Below are positions 37,090 to 47,908 of a DNA stretch of 64,000 nt, one piece after another (the stretch's first letter is position 1; the number at the start of each line of letters is the position of its first letter). Origin of the DNA: Candidatus Lustribacter sp. (lineage in GTDB: Bacteria > Vulcanimicrobiota > Vulcanimicrobiia > Vulcanimicrobiales > Vulcanimicrobiaceae). The stretch covers positions 5,152,001-5,216,000 of the forward strand of contig OZ255842.1 in the NCBI GenBank assembly GCA_965277805.1, given 5' to 3'. Position numbers and translations under genes: made by a program. The notes under the pieces were generated by a model that ran no database searches, had not been told where the DNA came from, and worked only from the letters and a program-made list of their open reading frames with translations.

Positions 37090-38586
37090 TTGGCCGATCC
37101 TCTGCTGCGCATGGCGGCGATCACGAAATCGTTTCCGGGCGTGCGCGCGCTCGACGGCGTGTCGTTCGAAGTTAACGCCGGTGAAGTCCACGCGCTCGTC
37201 GGCGAGAACGGTGCGGGGAAATCGACGTTGATGAAGATTCTCGCCGGAGCCTACATCGCTGAGGGCGGCACGATCGAGATCGACGGCAAACCCGTGACGA
37301 TCGACGGCCCGAAGGCGGCCGAACGGCTCGGGATCGGCATGATCTATCAGGAGTTCAACCTCGTGCCGGATCTCGGCGTGATCGAGAACATCGTGCTGGG
37401 CATCGAGCCGACGCGCGGCATGTTTCTCGATACGAAAGCGGCGATCGCGCGCGCAACGGCCGTGCTCGCCGAGCTCGGCATCACGCTGCCGCTCGACCGT
37501 CCCGCGCGGCGGCTCTCGGTCGCAGAACAACAGCTCACCGAGATCGCGAAGGCGCTGGTGCGGCATGCGCGGCTCATCGTGATGGACGAACCGACCGCCG
37601 CCCTGACCGATCGCGAAACCGACGCGCTGTTCGCGCTGATCGCGAAACTCAAAGCGCAGGGCGTGGCCTTCGTCTACATCTCTCACCGGCTCGAAGAACT
37701 GCCGCGCATCGCCGACCGCATCACGGTCATTCGCGACGGACGCGCGGTCGAAACGCGTGCGACCAGCGCGCTGCCGCAGAACGAGATGATCCAGCTGATG
37801 GTCGGGCGCGCGCTCGAAGCGCACTTCCCCGATTTGCCGCCCGTGGCGCCAGATGCGCCCGTTCGTTTAGCGGTGCGCGATCTGCGGGCCGCCAGCAACG
37901 TCAACGGGGTTTCGTTCGAGGTGCACGCCGGCGAGATCGTCGGCCTCGCCGGGCTCGTCGGAGCCGGACGCACGGAGATCGTGCGTGCGATCGCCGGTGC
38001 CGACGTCGCCACGAACGGCGAGATCGTCGTCGACGGCAAACCCGTTACCGGGCGCAGCCCGCATGCGGCGATCGAGGCCGGCATCGCCTTCATCACCGAG
38101 GACCGCAAGGCGCAAGGACTGGTGCTGGGCATGACCGTGCGCGAGAACACGACGCTAGCCCATCTGGCCGCTTACTCGCACGGGCCGTTCATCAGCCGTG
38201 CCGAGGAAGTCGGCATCACGAACCGCGAGATCGCGGAACTGCGCATCCGCACGCCCTCGAGCGAACAAGCCGTGAAGAATCTCTCCGGCGGCAACCAGCA
38301 GAAGGTCGTGCTCGCGAAATGGCTCACCGGCGACGCGCACGTGTTCCTCTTCGATGAGCCGACGCGCGGCGTCGACGTCGGTGCCAAAGCGGAGATCTAT
38401 ACGTTGATGCTGCAACTGCTCGCGCGCGGCGCCGGCATCGTGATGGTTTCGAGCGAACTGCCCGAGGTGCTTGGGATGTCGCATCGCATCCTGGTGGTGC
38501 GCGACGGGAAGATCGCTGCGGAATTCAGCCGCGCCGATGCGACGCCGGCGGCCGTGATCGCCGTCGCGGCCGGAGTGGCGGCGTGA
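37090..38586 (+). CDS. rbsA: Sugar ABC transporter ATP-binding protein
   Basis: Double ABC domain: GENGAGKST, MDEPT, LSGGNQQKV, DEPTRGVDVGAK. Confidence 0.88.
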   Translation: MADPLLRMAAITKSFPGVRALDGVSFEVNAGEVHALVGENGAGKSTLMKILAGAYIAEGGTIEIDGKPVTIDGPKAAERLGIGMIYQEFNLVPDLGVIENIVLGIEPTRGMFLDTKAAIARATAVLAELGITLPLDRPARRLSVAEQQLTEIAKALVRHARLIVMDEPTAALTDRETDALFALIAKLKAQGVAFVYISHRLEELPRIADRITVIRDGRAVETRATSALPQNEMIQLMVGRALEAHFPDLPPVAPDAPVRLAVRDLRAASNVNGVSFEVHAGEIVGLAGLVGAGRTEIVRAIAGADVATNGEIVVDGKPVTGRSPHAAIEAGIAFITEDRKAQGLVLGMTVRENTTLAHLAAYSHGPFISRAEEVGITNREIAELRIRTPSSEQAVKNLSGGNQQKVVLAKWLTGDAHVFLFDEPTRGVDVGAKAEIYTLMLQLLARGAGIVMVSSELPEVLGMSHRILVVRDGKIAAEFSRADATPAAVIAVAAGVAA

Positions 38587-39650
38587 ACCCGGCGACGCCG
38601 CCGGAAACCGTTCACGAAGTCAAGGCCGCGCTCGATGCGCGCTCGGGCGATGCCCAAGCGAAGCAACGCCGCCAGACCGTATTGCGCACGGCGATTGCGA
38701 TCGTCGCCTTCGTCATCCTGATCGTCATCGTCAACGCCCTGACCCAAGGCAACTTCTTTACCGCCGGCAACTTGACCAATGTTCTGCGGCAGATCACGTA
38801 CAACGCGATCCTCGCCGTCGGACAGACATTCGTGATCATCACCGCCGGCATCGATCTGTCGGTCGGCTCGCTGATTCAATTGACGGGCGTCGTCATGGCG
38901 CAGTTCGCGAACGCGAGCGGACTCAACGGTCCGCTGCTCGTGATCGTCACGACCGTGGTCGGCGTCGCGGTCGGCTGCTGCGCGGGCCTCGTCAATGCGC
39001 TGCCGGTCATCCGGTTCAACTTGCCGCCGTTCATTACGACCCTCGCGATGATGCTGATGGCGCGCGGTCTCGCGTTCAAGCTCTCGCACGGACAGCCGGT
39101 GCCGCTGAAGAGCACCGCGTTCGATGCGCTGGGCACGCAGTACGCGCTGCACGATCTGCTCGCGCCGCTCGGTATGCCCGGCATCCCGTGGGCCGTGCTT
39201 GTGATGCTGGTCGTCGTGATCGCGTTCGCCATCGTCCTCACGCGTACGCGCTTCGGACGCTACGTGCTGGCCCTGGGCGGCAATGAAGAAGCGGCGCGGC
39301 TGGCCGGCATCAACGTGCGCCTGGTCAAGCTGTTCGTGTACGTGATCTCCGGCGGCTGCGCGGCGCTCGCCGGCATGTTGCTGATGGCGCGCTTCTCGTC
39401 GGGCTCGCCGCAGACCGGCGTGGGCAGCGAGCTGCAGTCGATCGCGGCGGTCGTCGTCGGCGGAACGTCGCTGATGGGCGGGCGCGGCAGCGTCGTCGCA
39501 ACCTTCTTCGGCGCGCTCCTGATCGGGGTGCTCAACAACGTGATGAATTTGTTGAATATCGAATCGTATACCCAAGACATCGTGCTCGGCGCCGTGATCC
39601 TGCTCGCCGTGATCGCCGAAGAGTTGCGCAAGCGCGTGTTCGCCCGCTGA
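38583..39650 (+). CDS. rbsC: Sugar ABC transporter permease
   Basis: GIDLSVG, PPFITTL, TRFGR..LALGGNEEAARLAGI, ELQSIAAVVVGGTSL.GGRG. Confidence 0.85.
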   Translation: MNPATPPETVHEVKAALDARSGDAQAKQRRQTVLRTAIAIVAFVILIVIVNALTQGNFFTAGNLTNVLRQITYNAILAVGQTFVIITAGIDLSVGSLIQLTGVVMAQFANASGLNGPLLVIVTTVVGVAVGCCAGLVNALPVIRFNLPPFITTLAMMLMARGLAFKLSHGQPVPLKSTAFDALGTQYALHDLLAPLGMPGIPWAVLVMLVVVIAFAIVLTRTRFGRYVLALGGNEEAARLAGINVRLVKLFVYVISGGCAALAGMLLMARFSSGSPQTGVGSELQSIAAVVVGGTSLMGGRGSVVATFFGALLIGVLNNVMNLLNIESYTQDIVLGAVILLAVIAEELRKRVFAR

Positions 39651-40798
39651 TGGCGGTCTTCGACGATATCACCGTCGCGCAACTGCGCGAACGGCGCAGC
39701 GCGAAGTGGACGATGTTTCCGGCCGACGTGCTGCCCGCGTGGGTGGCCGAGATGGATTTCCCGCTCGATGCCGGCGTGCGCGAAGCGCTGCTCGATTCGA
39801 TCCGCCACGACGACGCCGGCTACGCCAACGGCGCCGGCGTCGGCCCCGCGTTCGCATCGTTCGTCAAGGCGCGTTACGAGTGGACCCTCGATCCGAAGGG
39901 GGTGTTCGTGATCCCGGACGTGCTCGTCGGCATTTCCGAACTGTTGCGCACGCTCACCAATCCCGGCGATCGCATCGTCGTAAATTCGCCGGTGTATCCG
40001 CCGTTCTACCGCGTCATCGGCGAGGTCGAACGGACGGTCGAAGACGTTCCGCTGCTGCGCGCCGCCGACGGATCGTGGAGCCTCGATCTGGCCGGGCTCG
40101 AGCGCGCGTTTGCCGGCGGCGCTGCGGCCTATCTGCTGTGTTCGCCGCACAACCCGCTTGGCAAAGTGTTCGATCTGACGACGCTCGCGTGCATCGCGGA
40201 GCTCGCGGCCGAACACAAGGTGCTCGTGATTGCCGATGAGATCCACGCGCCGCTGACGATGGCCGGCGCGACGTTCGTGCCCTTTCTGCCGATCGGCGAC
40301 TACATCGATTGCGACTGCATCGCGTTGGCGTCGGCGTCCAAAGCCTGGAATCTGCCGGGGCTCAAATGCGCGGTCGCTGTTGCCGGCACCGAACGCACGC
40401 GCAAGCTGCTGGCGAAGATGCGGCCCGAACTGCCGTGGAGCGCCGGCAACCTCGGCGTCGTCGCATCGATAGCCGCGTTTACGCAGGGCTCGCCGTGGCT
40501 CGACGAACTGCTGGTCTACCTCGACGGCAATCGCCGGCTCTTGACCGACCTGCTCGCGCGCGAATTGCCGGGCGTGCGCTACATCGAACCGGAAGCGAGT
40601 TACCTCGCCTGGCTCGATTGCACCGCGCTCGACCTCGGGCCCGACCCCGTGTCGGTCTTTCTCGAACGCGGGCGCGTTGCGCTGACGCGCGGCCGCGACT
40701 TCGGCCCCGACTCGGCCCCGTTCGTGCGCGTCAACATGGGCACCTCACACGCCATCCTCACCGAAGTCATCCACCGAATGAAAAACGCGCTCGCCTAG
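39650..40798 (+). CDS. MalY/PatB-family PLP-dependent C-S lyase / aminotransferase
   Basis: SAKW, WVAEMDF, LCSPHNP, DEIH, SASKAWNLPG, SYLAWLD. Confidence 0.92.
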   Translation: MAVFDDITVAQLRERRSAKWTMFPADVLPAWVAEMDFPLDAGVREALLDSIRHDDAGYANGAGVGPAFASFVKARYEWTLDPKGVFVIPDVLVGISELLRTLTNPGDRIVVNSPVYPPFYRVIGEVERTVEDVPLLRAADGSWSLDLAGLERAFAGGAAAYLLCSPHNPLGKVFDLTTLACIAELAAEHKVLVIADEIHAPLTMAGATFVPFLPIGDYIDCDCIALASASKAWNLPGLKCAVAVAGTERTRKLLAKMRPELPWSAGNLGVVASIAAFTQGSPWLDELLVYLDGNRRLLTDLLARELPGVRYIEPEASYLAWLDCTALDLGPDPVSVFLERGRVALTRGRDFGPDSAPFVRVNMGTSHAILTEVIHRMKNALA

Positions 40799-40807
40799 TA
40801 TCAGATA

Positions 40808-41449
40808 TTATATAATCCCCCGCCGTAGCGCGGTGACGGCGGCTTGGGCGCGGTCGGAGGCTTTGAGCTTGTCGAGGATCTCGCGGATGTGGCCCTTCAC
40901 CGTGCCGAGGCCGAGGTTCAAGTGCTCGGCGATCGCGACGTTGCCGTAACCCTCGGCGATCAGCCGGACGATCTCGGTTTCGCGCACGGAGAGCGGCGAT
41001 GCGGGCGCGCTGAGTTTCTGACCGCGGAAACGGCGCAGGACGGCGTCGGCGATGTGCGGATCGAAGTACGCACCGCCTTCGGCTGCCGCGCGGACCGCGA
41101 GCAGCACGGCGCTCGTATCGGTCATCTTCACGCAGTACGCATCGGCGCCGGCTTCGAGCGCGTCGAGGATTTCGCTTTCGAGATCGTGCACGGTCAAGAT
41201 CACGACGCGCGTGTCGGGAAATTCGGCGCGGATGCGGCGCGTCAACTCGATCCCGTCGATTCCGGGCAGGCCGATGTCGGCGACCACGACGTTCGGCCGC
41301 AGTTTGCGGATCACGTCGAGCCCGTCCAAGCCGTCGTCGGCTTCGCCGATGACCTCGATGTCGTCGGAGGCGTTGAGCGCCGTGTGCAAGCCGACGCGCG
41401 TCAACGCGTGGTCCTCGACGATCACGACCTTATATGCTTTTTCAGACAT
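40808..41449 (-). CDS. NarL/LuxR family response regulator
   Basis: VEDH...DIGLPGIDG receiver; LSVRETEIVRLIAEG...TVKGHI HTH. Confidence 0.93.
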   Translation of the reverse strand: MSEKAYKVVIVEDHALTRVGLHTALNASDDIEVIGEADDGLDGLDVIRKLRPNVVVADIGLPGIDGIELTRRIRAEFPDTRVVILTVHDLESEILDALEAGADAYCVKMTDTSAVLLAVRAAAEGGAYFDPHIADAVLRRFRGQKLSAPASPLSVRETEIVRLIAEGYGNVAIAEHLNLGLGTVKGHIREILDKLKASDRAQAAVTALRRGII

Positions 41450-42542
41450 TGGCGGTCTCGCGCACCAGCGGTAAGAAGAGCGTGAATCGGCTACCGCGCG
41501 GCGCGCGCGCTTCGTATCCAACCGAACCGCCGTGGCTTTCGGCGACGCGGCGCACGAGATAGAGTCCGAGGCCGGTGCCGCCTCCGCGCCGCGACGCCGC
41601 CGCGCTGCTGAAGCGTTCGAAGAGCCGGTCGCGCAGGTTCTCCGGCACGCCGTAGCCGTCGTCGTCGACGGCGACCTCGGCGCTCTCGCCGTTGTGTGCG
41701 ACGCGCAGCGAGACGTGGCCGCCCTTGGGCGTCCACGTCAACGCATTGCCAGTCAGGTTCATCAGTGCGCGGCGCAACTCGCTCTCATCGCCGCTGGTCA
41801 GCGCGCGCTCACCCTCGGCAACCGTGAGCGCTATTTGCTTCGAGGCGGCGAGCGGCGCGAGGTCGCGCACCACCGTTTCGGCGACGCGGTTCAGGTCGAT
41901 GCGATCGCGTGCCGCGGCACGGTCGCCCGACTCGTAGCGCGCCACCAGCAACAACGTCTCTGCCAGCCGCTGCAACTCGTCGCTGGACTTGATGCTCCAC
42001 TCGAGCACGTCGCGGTAGCCCTCGGGCAGCGGTCCGTAGGCGCCCTCGCGCGCTTGGCGCATCGTCATGCCGGCAGCGGCGAGCGGCGTGCGCAGATCGT
42101 GCGAGAGCGCGTAGATGATGTCGCGGATGAAGTCGGAGCGCTCGGCGAGTTCGCGGTTGGCGCTCGCGAGCGCCTCGTTCTTCGAGGCCAAGAGGGCGCC
42201 TTGTGCCTCCTTTGCGGCGACCTCGCTCGCGCGCCGGGCGGCGCTTTGCGCGGCCACCGTGAGCACGCCGACGAGCAGAAACGACAAGCTCGACATCAAC
42301 CGGTTCGTCAGGGCCACGCTGTCCCACACGTAGCCCTCGTGGTAGGCGTCAAACCACGCCGCGGTGGCGTTGCAGATCAGCGCGCCGGCCACGAACGCGA
42401 GCGTCACCGAGCGTTTGCGGGTCAGCGCGCTCAGCGCGATCGGGATGTTGAGCAGGATCGACACGACGACCGGCTGCGGCGTGAACAGGTCCGCGGTCCA
42501 CGCGATCACGAGCAGGAGGGTGCACAGGGCGATTAGGGGCAT
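41442..42542 (-). CDS. Membrane sensor histidine kinase
   Basis: N-terminal TMs, SHDLRTPL H-box, NLTGNAL, DDGYG, GTGLGL. Confidence 0.93.
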   Translation of the reverse strand: MPLIALCTLLLVIAWTADLFTPQPVVVSILLNIPIALSALTRKRSVTLAFVAGALICNATAAWFDAYHEGYVWDSVALTNRLMSSLSFLLVGVLTVAAQSAARRASEVAAKEAQGALLASKNEALASANRELAERSDFIRDIIYALSHDLRTPLAAAGMTMRQAREGAYGPLPEGYRDVLEWSIKSSDELQRLAETLLLVARYESGDRAAARDRIDLNRVAETVVRDLAPLAASKQIALTVAEGERALTSGDESELRRALMNLTGNALTWTPKGGHVSLRVAHNGESAEVAVDDDGYGVPENLRDRLFERFSSAAASRRGGGTGLGLYLVRRVAESHGGSVGYEARAPRGSRFTLFLPLVRETANV

Positions 42543-42646
42543 CGCGTCGCCTTTTTCTCGCGGTGAGGACGTGGTTACCGCATCCGAAAGGTTCATCCGA
42601 TCGGAGGGTTGCCGCACACCGAATGGAGGGACATGATTGTTGGCGC

Positions 42647-44206
42647 ATGTCCGTCGCCACCCATTCCCTGCGCCGCGCCGTTTCGCCGTGGGGCTCGTAT
42701 TCGTGGGGTTATGCCGACGTCGGCGCGGACATCTTCGTGGCGCTGGGGCTGGTTGTCGGCGCGGCCGCCGGTGCCGCGAACGTCGCGTTCCTCTTCGCCG
42801 GCGTCGTGTACGTCTGCGTCGGCCTGGCGTACACCGAGCTCGCCTCGGCCTATCCGGTGGCGGGCGGCGGCCAGTACTTCGTCATGCGCGGCCTGGGCGA
42901 TTTGCTGGGCTTCATCGCGGGCTGGGCGGTGCTGCTCGACTTCACGATCGACATCGTGCTCTTCGCGTGGGGCTGCGTCGGCTACCTCAGCTATCTGATC
43001 CCGTTTTTCGAGGCCACCAAGCATCCGCTGAACCATTTCATCTTCGTGCTCGCGCTGATCGTCGGGTTGGCCGTGCTCAACGTGATCGGCGTGCGCGAGA
43101 GCACCGCGTTCAACGGGATCGTCAGCGCGCTGGACGTCGTCAGCGAAACGACGATTCTGTTTTTCGGTTTCCTGTTTACCTTTAACCCCGATCTGCTGGT
43201 GCACTCGATGCAGGTCTTCTGGCCGACCCCGTTCATGCTGATGCAGGGCGTTTCGCTCGCGATCATCTCGTTCGTCGGCCTCGAGTCGATCTCACAGGCA
43301 GCCGAGGAAACGCACCGCCCCTCAGCGATCATTCCGCGCACGTCGATCGGGTTGATCCTGACGATCCTCATCTTCGCGCTTGCGTATTCGAACCTCGCGC
43401 TCGGCATGGAACCCTGGCACGCCACGCCGCCCGACGTGCACGGCCACGCGCAGATGCTCTGGCAAACGCTCGGCACGGCGGAAAACAACGATAAAGCCGT
43501 CGTGATCATGGCGCGCAATATTCCGTATTTCGGCGCCCTGGCGGCGCTCTACGTGCCGGTCTTGGGCGCGATTTTGCTGCTCATCTCAAGCAACTCCGGG
43601 GTCTTCGGGGCTTCGCGCATCGCGTACTCGATGAGCCAGTCCCGCCTCTTGCCCAGCGTGTTTCGCAAGATCCATCGCAAATACAGCACGCCGGTCGTCG
43701 CGATCGTGACGTTCACGAGCCTGTCGGTTGTGGTGTTGTGTCTGGCCGCGCTGCAAGGCGACAACGGCTTCAACTTTCTGGCCGATCTTTATGCGTTCGG
43801 TGCGGCGCTGAGCTATACGCTGGTCTTCGCAGCGCTGATCGCCTTACGTTTCAAGGAACCGGACGTGCCGCGCCCGTTCCGCATGCCGCTCAACATTAGA
43901 CTCAAGCGCCCGCGCGCCGACGTCTACTTTCCGATCATCGGCGTGATCGGATTCTGCGGCATCCTGATGATCTTGATCTTCGTGATCTTGACCCACCCGC
44001 TGGGGCGCATCGCCGGCCCGACGTGGGTGGTGCTCGGCTTGATCGCTTATGCCGTCTACCGCAAACGCAAAGAGCTGCCGGTCTTCGGTTCGCAGCAGCG
44101 CGACTGGTACGACGAGCAGCGCACGATCCTGATCAAAGCCGGCGAGTTGGAACTCCTGGACGAATTGACCGAGAACCGCGAACGCAGCGCCGAACTCGTC
44201 GGCTAA
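42647..44206 (+). CDS. APC-superfamily permease (paralog 1)
   Basis: About 12 TMs, YTELASAYPVAGG, GWAVLLDF, FVGLES, EE..P, SRIAYSM, RPFRMP. Confidence 0.9.
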   Translation: MSVATHSLRRAVSPWGSYSWGYADVGADIFVALGLVVGAAAGAANVAFLFAGVVYVCVGLAYTELASAYPVAGGGQYFVMRGLGDLLGFIAGWAVLLDFTIDIVLFAWGCVGYLSYLIPFFEATKHPLNHFIFVLALIVGLAVLNVIGVRESTAFNGIVSALDVVSETTILFFGFLFTFNPDLLVHSMQVFWPTPFMLMQGVSLAIISFVGLESISQAAEETHRPSAIIPRTSIGLILTILIFALAYSNLALGMEPWHATPPDVHGHAQMLWQTLGTAENNDKAVVIMARNIPYFGALAALYVPVLGAILLLISSNSGVFGASRIAYSMSQSRLLPSVFRKIHRKYSTPVVAIVTFTSLSVVVLCLAALQGDNGFNFLADLYAFGAALSYTLVFAALIALRFKEPDVPRPFRMPLNIRLKRPRADVYFPIIGVIGFCGILMILIFVILTHPLGRIAGPTWVVLGLIAYAVYRKRKELPVFGSQQRDWYDEQRTILIKAGELELLDELTENRERSAELVG

Positions 44207-44811
44207 AGAGCGGCCTCTTCGCGCCGCTCGTCGACCAGCAGCGTGCCGTATTGGCCCGGGACGCCGATCAGCACATCGCACTTCGCCCGCGTCGTGATCT
44301 CCTCGATTGCGCGTCCGAGCGGCGCGCCGGTGTACTTGCCTTCGCGATACGAACCCATGACGAGCAAGTGCGCGCCGTTCTTGCGCGCGAGTTCGAGCGC
44401 GGCTGCGCTGATGCGCCGCGCGTGGATGATCTCCGTGTGAATGTTCGCGCCGTGCTTTCGCGCGATCGCCTCGGCCGTCGCGAGGACGCCCAGCCCTTCG
44501 CGATCTTCTTCGGGCGTTTGCGCGGAATCCGGCAACACCAGCGGCACCTCGACGATGTAGACGGCGAACAGCTCGGCGCGCTGCTGACGCGCCAAGCGCG
44601 CGGCGAGAACCATCATGTGTTCGGAGTGGATTTCGCCGGCGAACAGCACGATGATGCTGCCGACCATTTCCGAGAGCGCCGCCTCAGCCTGGCGCGCCGC
44701 AACGTCGGCGCGGGTGCGCGGCGGATGCAGCATCCACCACAGCGTGGCGACGACCGAGAGCAGTACGGCAAGGCCGAGCAGCGCACCGGCCGGGTGAACG
44801 GCAACGGTCAC
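44203..44811 (-). CDS. Universal stress protein with N-terminal TM anchor
   Basis: TM helix ending WWMLHPP, then a USP fold (LLVMG, AKCDVLI). Confidence 0.85.
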   Translation of the reverse strand: MTVAVHPAGALLGLAVLLSVVATLWWMLHPPRTRADVAARQAEAALSEMVGSIIVLFAGEIHSEHMMVLAARLARQQRAELFAVYIVEVPLVLPDSAQTPEEDREGLGVLATAEAIARKHGANIHTEIIHARRISAAALELARKNGAHLLVMGSYREGKYTGAPLGRAIEEITTRAKCDVLIGVPGQYGTLLVDERREEAAL

Positions 44812-45023
44812 GGTGCGGGCTTCCCCGCGGCCAAGGCGCCGCGAATGCGAACGTAACCGAGCACCATCATCGCGGCGCCGAGCAGAATGCCGGGCACCGA
44901 TTCCAGCCGGAAACCGACGCCGTGCACGATTTGGAACACGATCAGGCCGCCCAGCACGATGAAGAAGACGCCGAATACGCCGCGAGCGCGCGCGTAGGTC
45001 CGGCTCTGGGACAAGCCCCTCAC
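44808..45023 (-). CDS. Small 2-TM membrane protein
   Basis: 71-aa hydrophobic ORF with GTGA overlaps on both sides. Confidence 0.7.
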   Translation of the reverse strand: MRGLSQSRTYARARGVFGVFFIVLGGLIVFQIVHGVGFRLESVPGILLGAAMMVLGYVRIRGALAAGKPAP

Positions 45024-46600
45024 GGAACCCCGGCCTTTTCGGGAGCGTCGTCGCGGCGCACGCGCAGCTTCTCGGCCAGCTCATCCATCAGCTCGAGTTC
45101 GCCCGATTCGCGCAAGATGACGAGTTGCTGCGCGCTCCAGTCGCGCTTCTGCGACCCGAAGAGCGGCAGCTTTTTGTGCTTGCGATAGAAGATATAGCCG
45201 ATCGTGCCCAAGATCAGCCACGACGGGCCGGCGATGCGTCCGATCGGGTGCGTCAACAGCACGAAGACGAGAATCGAGAGGATGCCCATCAGGCCGATGA
45301 CGCCGACGATCGGAAAGAGCACGCGTTCGCCGCGAAACATCATCGGCACGTTCCATGGAATGATGAACTTGCGCGGCGTCAAGGGATCGTTGAGGCGCAA
45401 TGCGATCAGCGCGCAAAACACGAGCGTGTAACTCGCGGCGGCGCCGAAGGCATACAGATCGCCGAGGAACGTGAAACCGCCGTTGCCTTGTAAGGCGGCG
45501 AAGATCAGTTCGACGATCGCCACCCCGCAGAACACGACGGTCGCGACGACCGGCGTGCGGTACTTGCGGTCGATCTTCTCGAAAATCGTCGGCAGCAACC
45601 GAAATTGGCTCATCGAGTAGGCGATGCGAGCCGCGCCGAAAACGCCGGAGTTGCTCGAGATCAAGAGCAGAATCGAACCGAGGATCGGAACGTAGAGTCC
45701 TGCGATCAGCCCGAAATACGGAATTTCCTGGGCGATGATCGCGACGGCCTTATCGTTGTTCGCCGGCGTTCCGAGGAAGGCGTAGAACGGCTGCACGACG
45801 CCGTGCGCGTCGGGCGGCGTGGCGTGCCACGGCGTCATGCCGAGCGCGAGGTTGGAATAGGCGAGCGCGAAGATCAGGATCGTGAGAATCAGCGCCAGCG
45901 ACGTGCGCGGGATGATCGACGACGGGCGGTGCGTTTCCTCGGCGGCGTGCGAGATCGACTCGAGGCCGACGAACGAGATGATGGCGAGCGAAATACCGTT
46001 CATCAAATTGAAGGGGTTGGGCCAGCCGGTCTGCATCGAGTGCACGAGCAGTCCCGGATCGAACGCGAACAAGAAGCCGAAGAAGAGAATCGACGTTTCG
46101 CTGATAACGTCGGCTGCGCTCACGAACCCCTGGAACGCCGTGCTCTCGCGCACGCCGCGGACGTTGAGATATCCGAGCCCGATGATCAGCCCCAGAATAA
46201 CCAGGAAGTGGATCAGCGGATGAACGGTTTGCGAGAGCCCGGGAATCAAATTGCTGAGATAACCGACGCAGCCCCAGGCGAAGAGCGCGATGTCGATCGT
46301 GAAATCGAGCAGCACGGCCCAGCCGGCCATGAAACCGAGCAGATCGCCAAGGCCGCGCATGACGAAGTATTGTCCGCCGCCGGCGACGGGATAGGCCGCT
46401 GCCAATTCGGTGTAGGCGAGACCGACGCAGATATAGACGAAGCCCGCGAACAGAAACGCCACGTTCGAAGCGCCGGCCGCGACGCCGAAGACGAGGCCCA
46501 GGGCCACGAAAATGTCCGCACCGACATCCGCGTAACCCCACGAGTATGAGCCCCACGGTGTGACGGACCGCCGCAGCGATGCTTGATCTTTAGATTCCAT
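45020..46600 (-). CDS. APC-superfamily permease (paralog 2)
   Basis: Shares long identical stretches with 42647..44206, e.g. PWGSYSWGYADVGADIFVALGLV. Confidence 0.9.
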   Translation of the reverse strand: MESKDQASLRRSVTPWGSYSWGYADVGADIFVALGLVFGVAAGASNVAFLFAGFVYICVGLAYTELAAAYPVAGGGQYFVMRGLGDLLGFMAGWAVLLDFTIDIALFAWGCVGYLSNLIPGLSQTVHPLIHFLVILGLIIGLGYLNVRGVRESTAFQGFVSAADVISETSILFFGFLFAFDPGLLVHSMQTGWPNPFNLMNGISLAIISFVGLESISHAAEETHRPSSIIPRTSLALILTILIFALAYSNLALGMTPWHATPPDAHGVVQPFYAFLGTPANNDKAVAIIAQEIPYFGLIAGLYVPILGSILLLISSNSGVFGAARIAYSMSQFRLLPTIFEKIDRKYRTPVVATVVFCGVAIVELIFAALQGNGGFTFLGDLYAFGAAASYTLVFCALIALRLNDPLTPRKFIIPWNVPMMFRGERVLFPIVGVIGLMGILSILVFVLLTHPIGRIAGPSWLILGTIGYIFYRKHKKLPLFGSQKRDWSAQQLVILRESGELELMDELAEKLRVRRDDAPEKAGVP

Positions 46601-46603
46601 GGT

Positions 46604-47908
46604 TTAGCGGAGGCGGACTCCCATCCGTTGGAGTGCGTGGAGAACGCGTTCGCCGTCGTCGACTTCAGCCGTGAGATTGCGCGCGCGTAAGACGAGCAGC
46701 GCACGGCCCAGGGTCTCGATCGCGTTTTCGACTTCGTGCCGGTCGGGCCGTTCGGAATCGGCGCCTTTGGCAAGCACCATCGTCGCATATTTCAGCGCGG
46801 TCTTCGCGTGCTCGACGTGATTGCGCACTTCCGAGAATGCCTTGAGTGCGGCCACGTAAGCGCGCGTCGCCTCGGTCCAGTCGCGCTTGCGCGCGGCCAG
46901 CATTCCGGCGAGCGTGTTGGCGTAACCCTCGTTGAGGGTTTGCGTATTGCCGAAGGTGCGTTCGAGGACCGAGCGCGCCTCGACTTCCGCAGCGGTGTTG
47001 CTGCCGGTGCTCGGGGCCGTTCGCGGCGGGCCCTGCATCGTCGTGGCGACGCCGACCGCACTGGACGGTGCTTCGCCCGGTTCGTTGAGGCCGAGCAGGG
47101 TGCGGATGTCGACGATGACTTCGCGCGCCGACGCATAGCGGCGTTCGGGATCTTTCTCGAGCAGCCGCAGCACGATACGTTCGATCGGCGCCGGCACCGC
47201 CGGGTTGATCGTGCGCAGCGCGGCCGGCGGTTCGTTCACGTGCGCGAAGATCACCGCCACGAGATCGTCGGACTCGTTCTTGAACGGCACGGTGCCGGTG
47301 AAGACTTCGTACATCACGACGCCGACGCTGTAGAGGTCGCTGCGCGCATCGGCGATCTTGCCCAGAAAGCGTTCGGGTGAGAGATAGGCGATCGTGCCGA
47401 CGATCTCGCCCGCATTCGTCACGCTCGACATCTCGCTCGTGCGGCGCGAGAGGCCGAAGTCCATCACCTTGATCGCGCCGCTGGACAGCACCATGATGTT
47501 GGCCGGCTTCACGTCGCGATGGACGACGTTGTTCTCGTGCGCGAACGCCAGCGCTTCGAGCAACTCGAGGATGTAGCGCAGCGCGGTATGCACGGTGAGT
47601 TCGCTCGGCGAGATGGTGGCCAGCGTGCGGCCCTGCACGAGTTCCATTACGATGTAGGACACGCCGTCGTTTTGCGCGGCGTCGTAGACGCCGACGATGT
47701 TCGTGTGGTTGAGGCGCGCCATCGATTGCGCTTCGCGCAGGAACCGCTTGCGCAGATCCTCGCTGCGGTCGGTCAGGATCTTGATCGCGACTTGGCGCTG
47801 CAGCACGACGTCCATGCCGCGGTACACGTCGGACATACCACCGCGCCCGATCAGGGCATCGATCCGGTAGCGTCCGCCGAGGAGTTTCTTCTCGAGCTCG
47901 CCGCTCAT
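46604..47908 (-). CDS. Hanks-type Ser/Thr protein kinase, cytoplasmic, with helical C-terminal domain
   Basis: [37 protein letters not shown]; no TM or PASTA domain. Confidence 0.94.
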   Translation of the reverse strand: MSGELEKKLLGGRYRIDALIGRGGMSDVYRGMDVVLQRQVAIKILTDRSEDLRKRFLREAQSMARLNHTNIVGVYDAAQNDGVSYIVMELVQGRTLATISPSELTVHTALRYILELLEALAFAHENNVVHRDVKPANIMVLSSGAIKVMDFGLSRRTSEMSSVTNAGEIVGTIAYLSPERFLGKIADARSDLYSVGVVMYEVFTGTVPFKNESDDLVAVIFAHVNEPPAALRTINPAVPAPIERIVLRLLEKDPERRYASAREVIVDIRTLLGLNEPGEAPSSAVGVATTMQGPPRTAPSTGSNTAAEVEARSVLERTFGNTQTLNEGYANTLAGMLAARKRDWTEATRAYVAALKAFSEVRNHVEHAKTALKYATMVLAKGADSERPDRHEVENAIETLGRALLVLRARNLTAEVDDGERVLHALQRMGVRLR

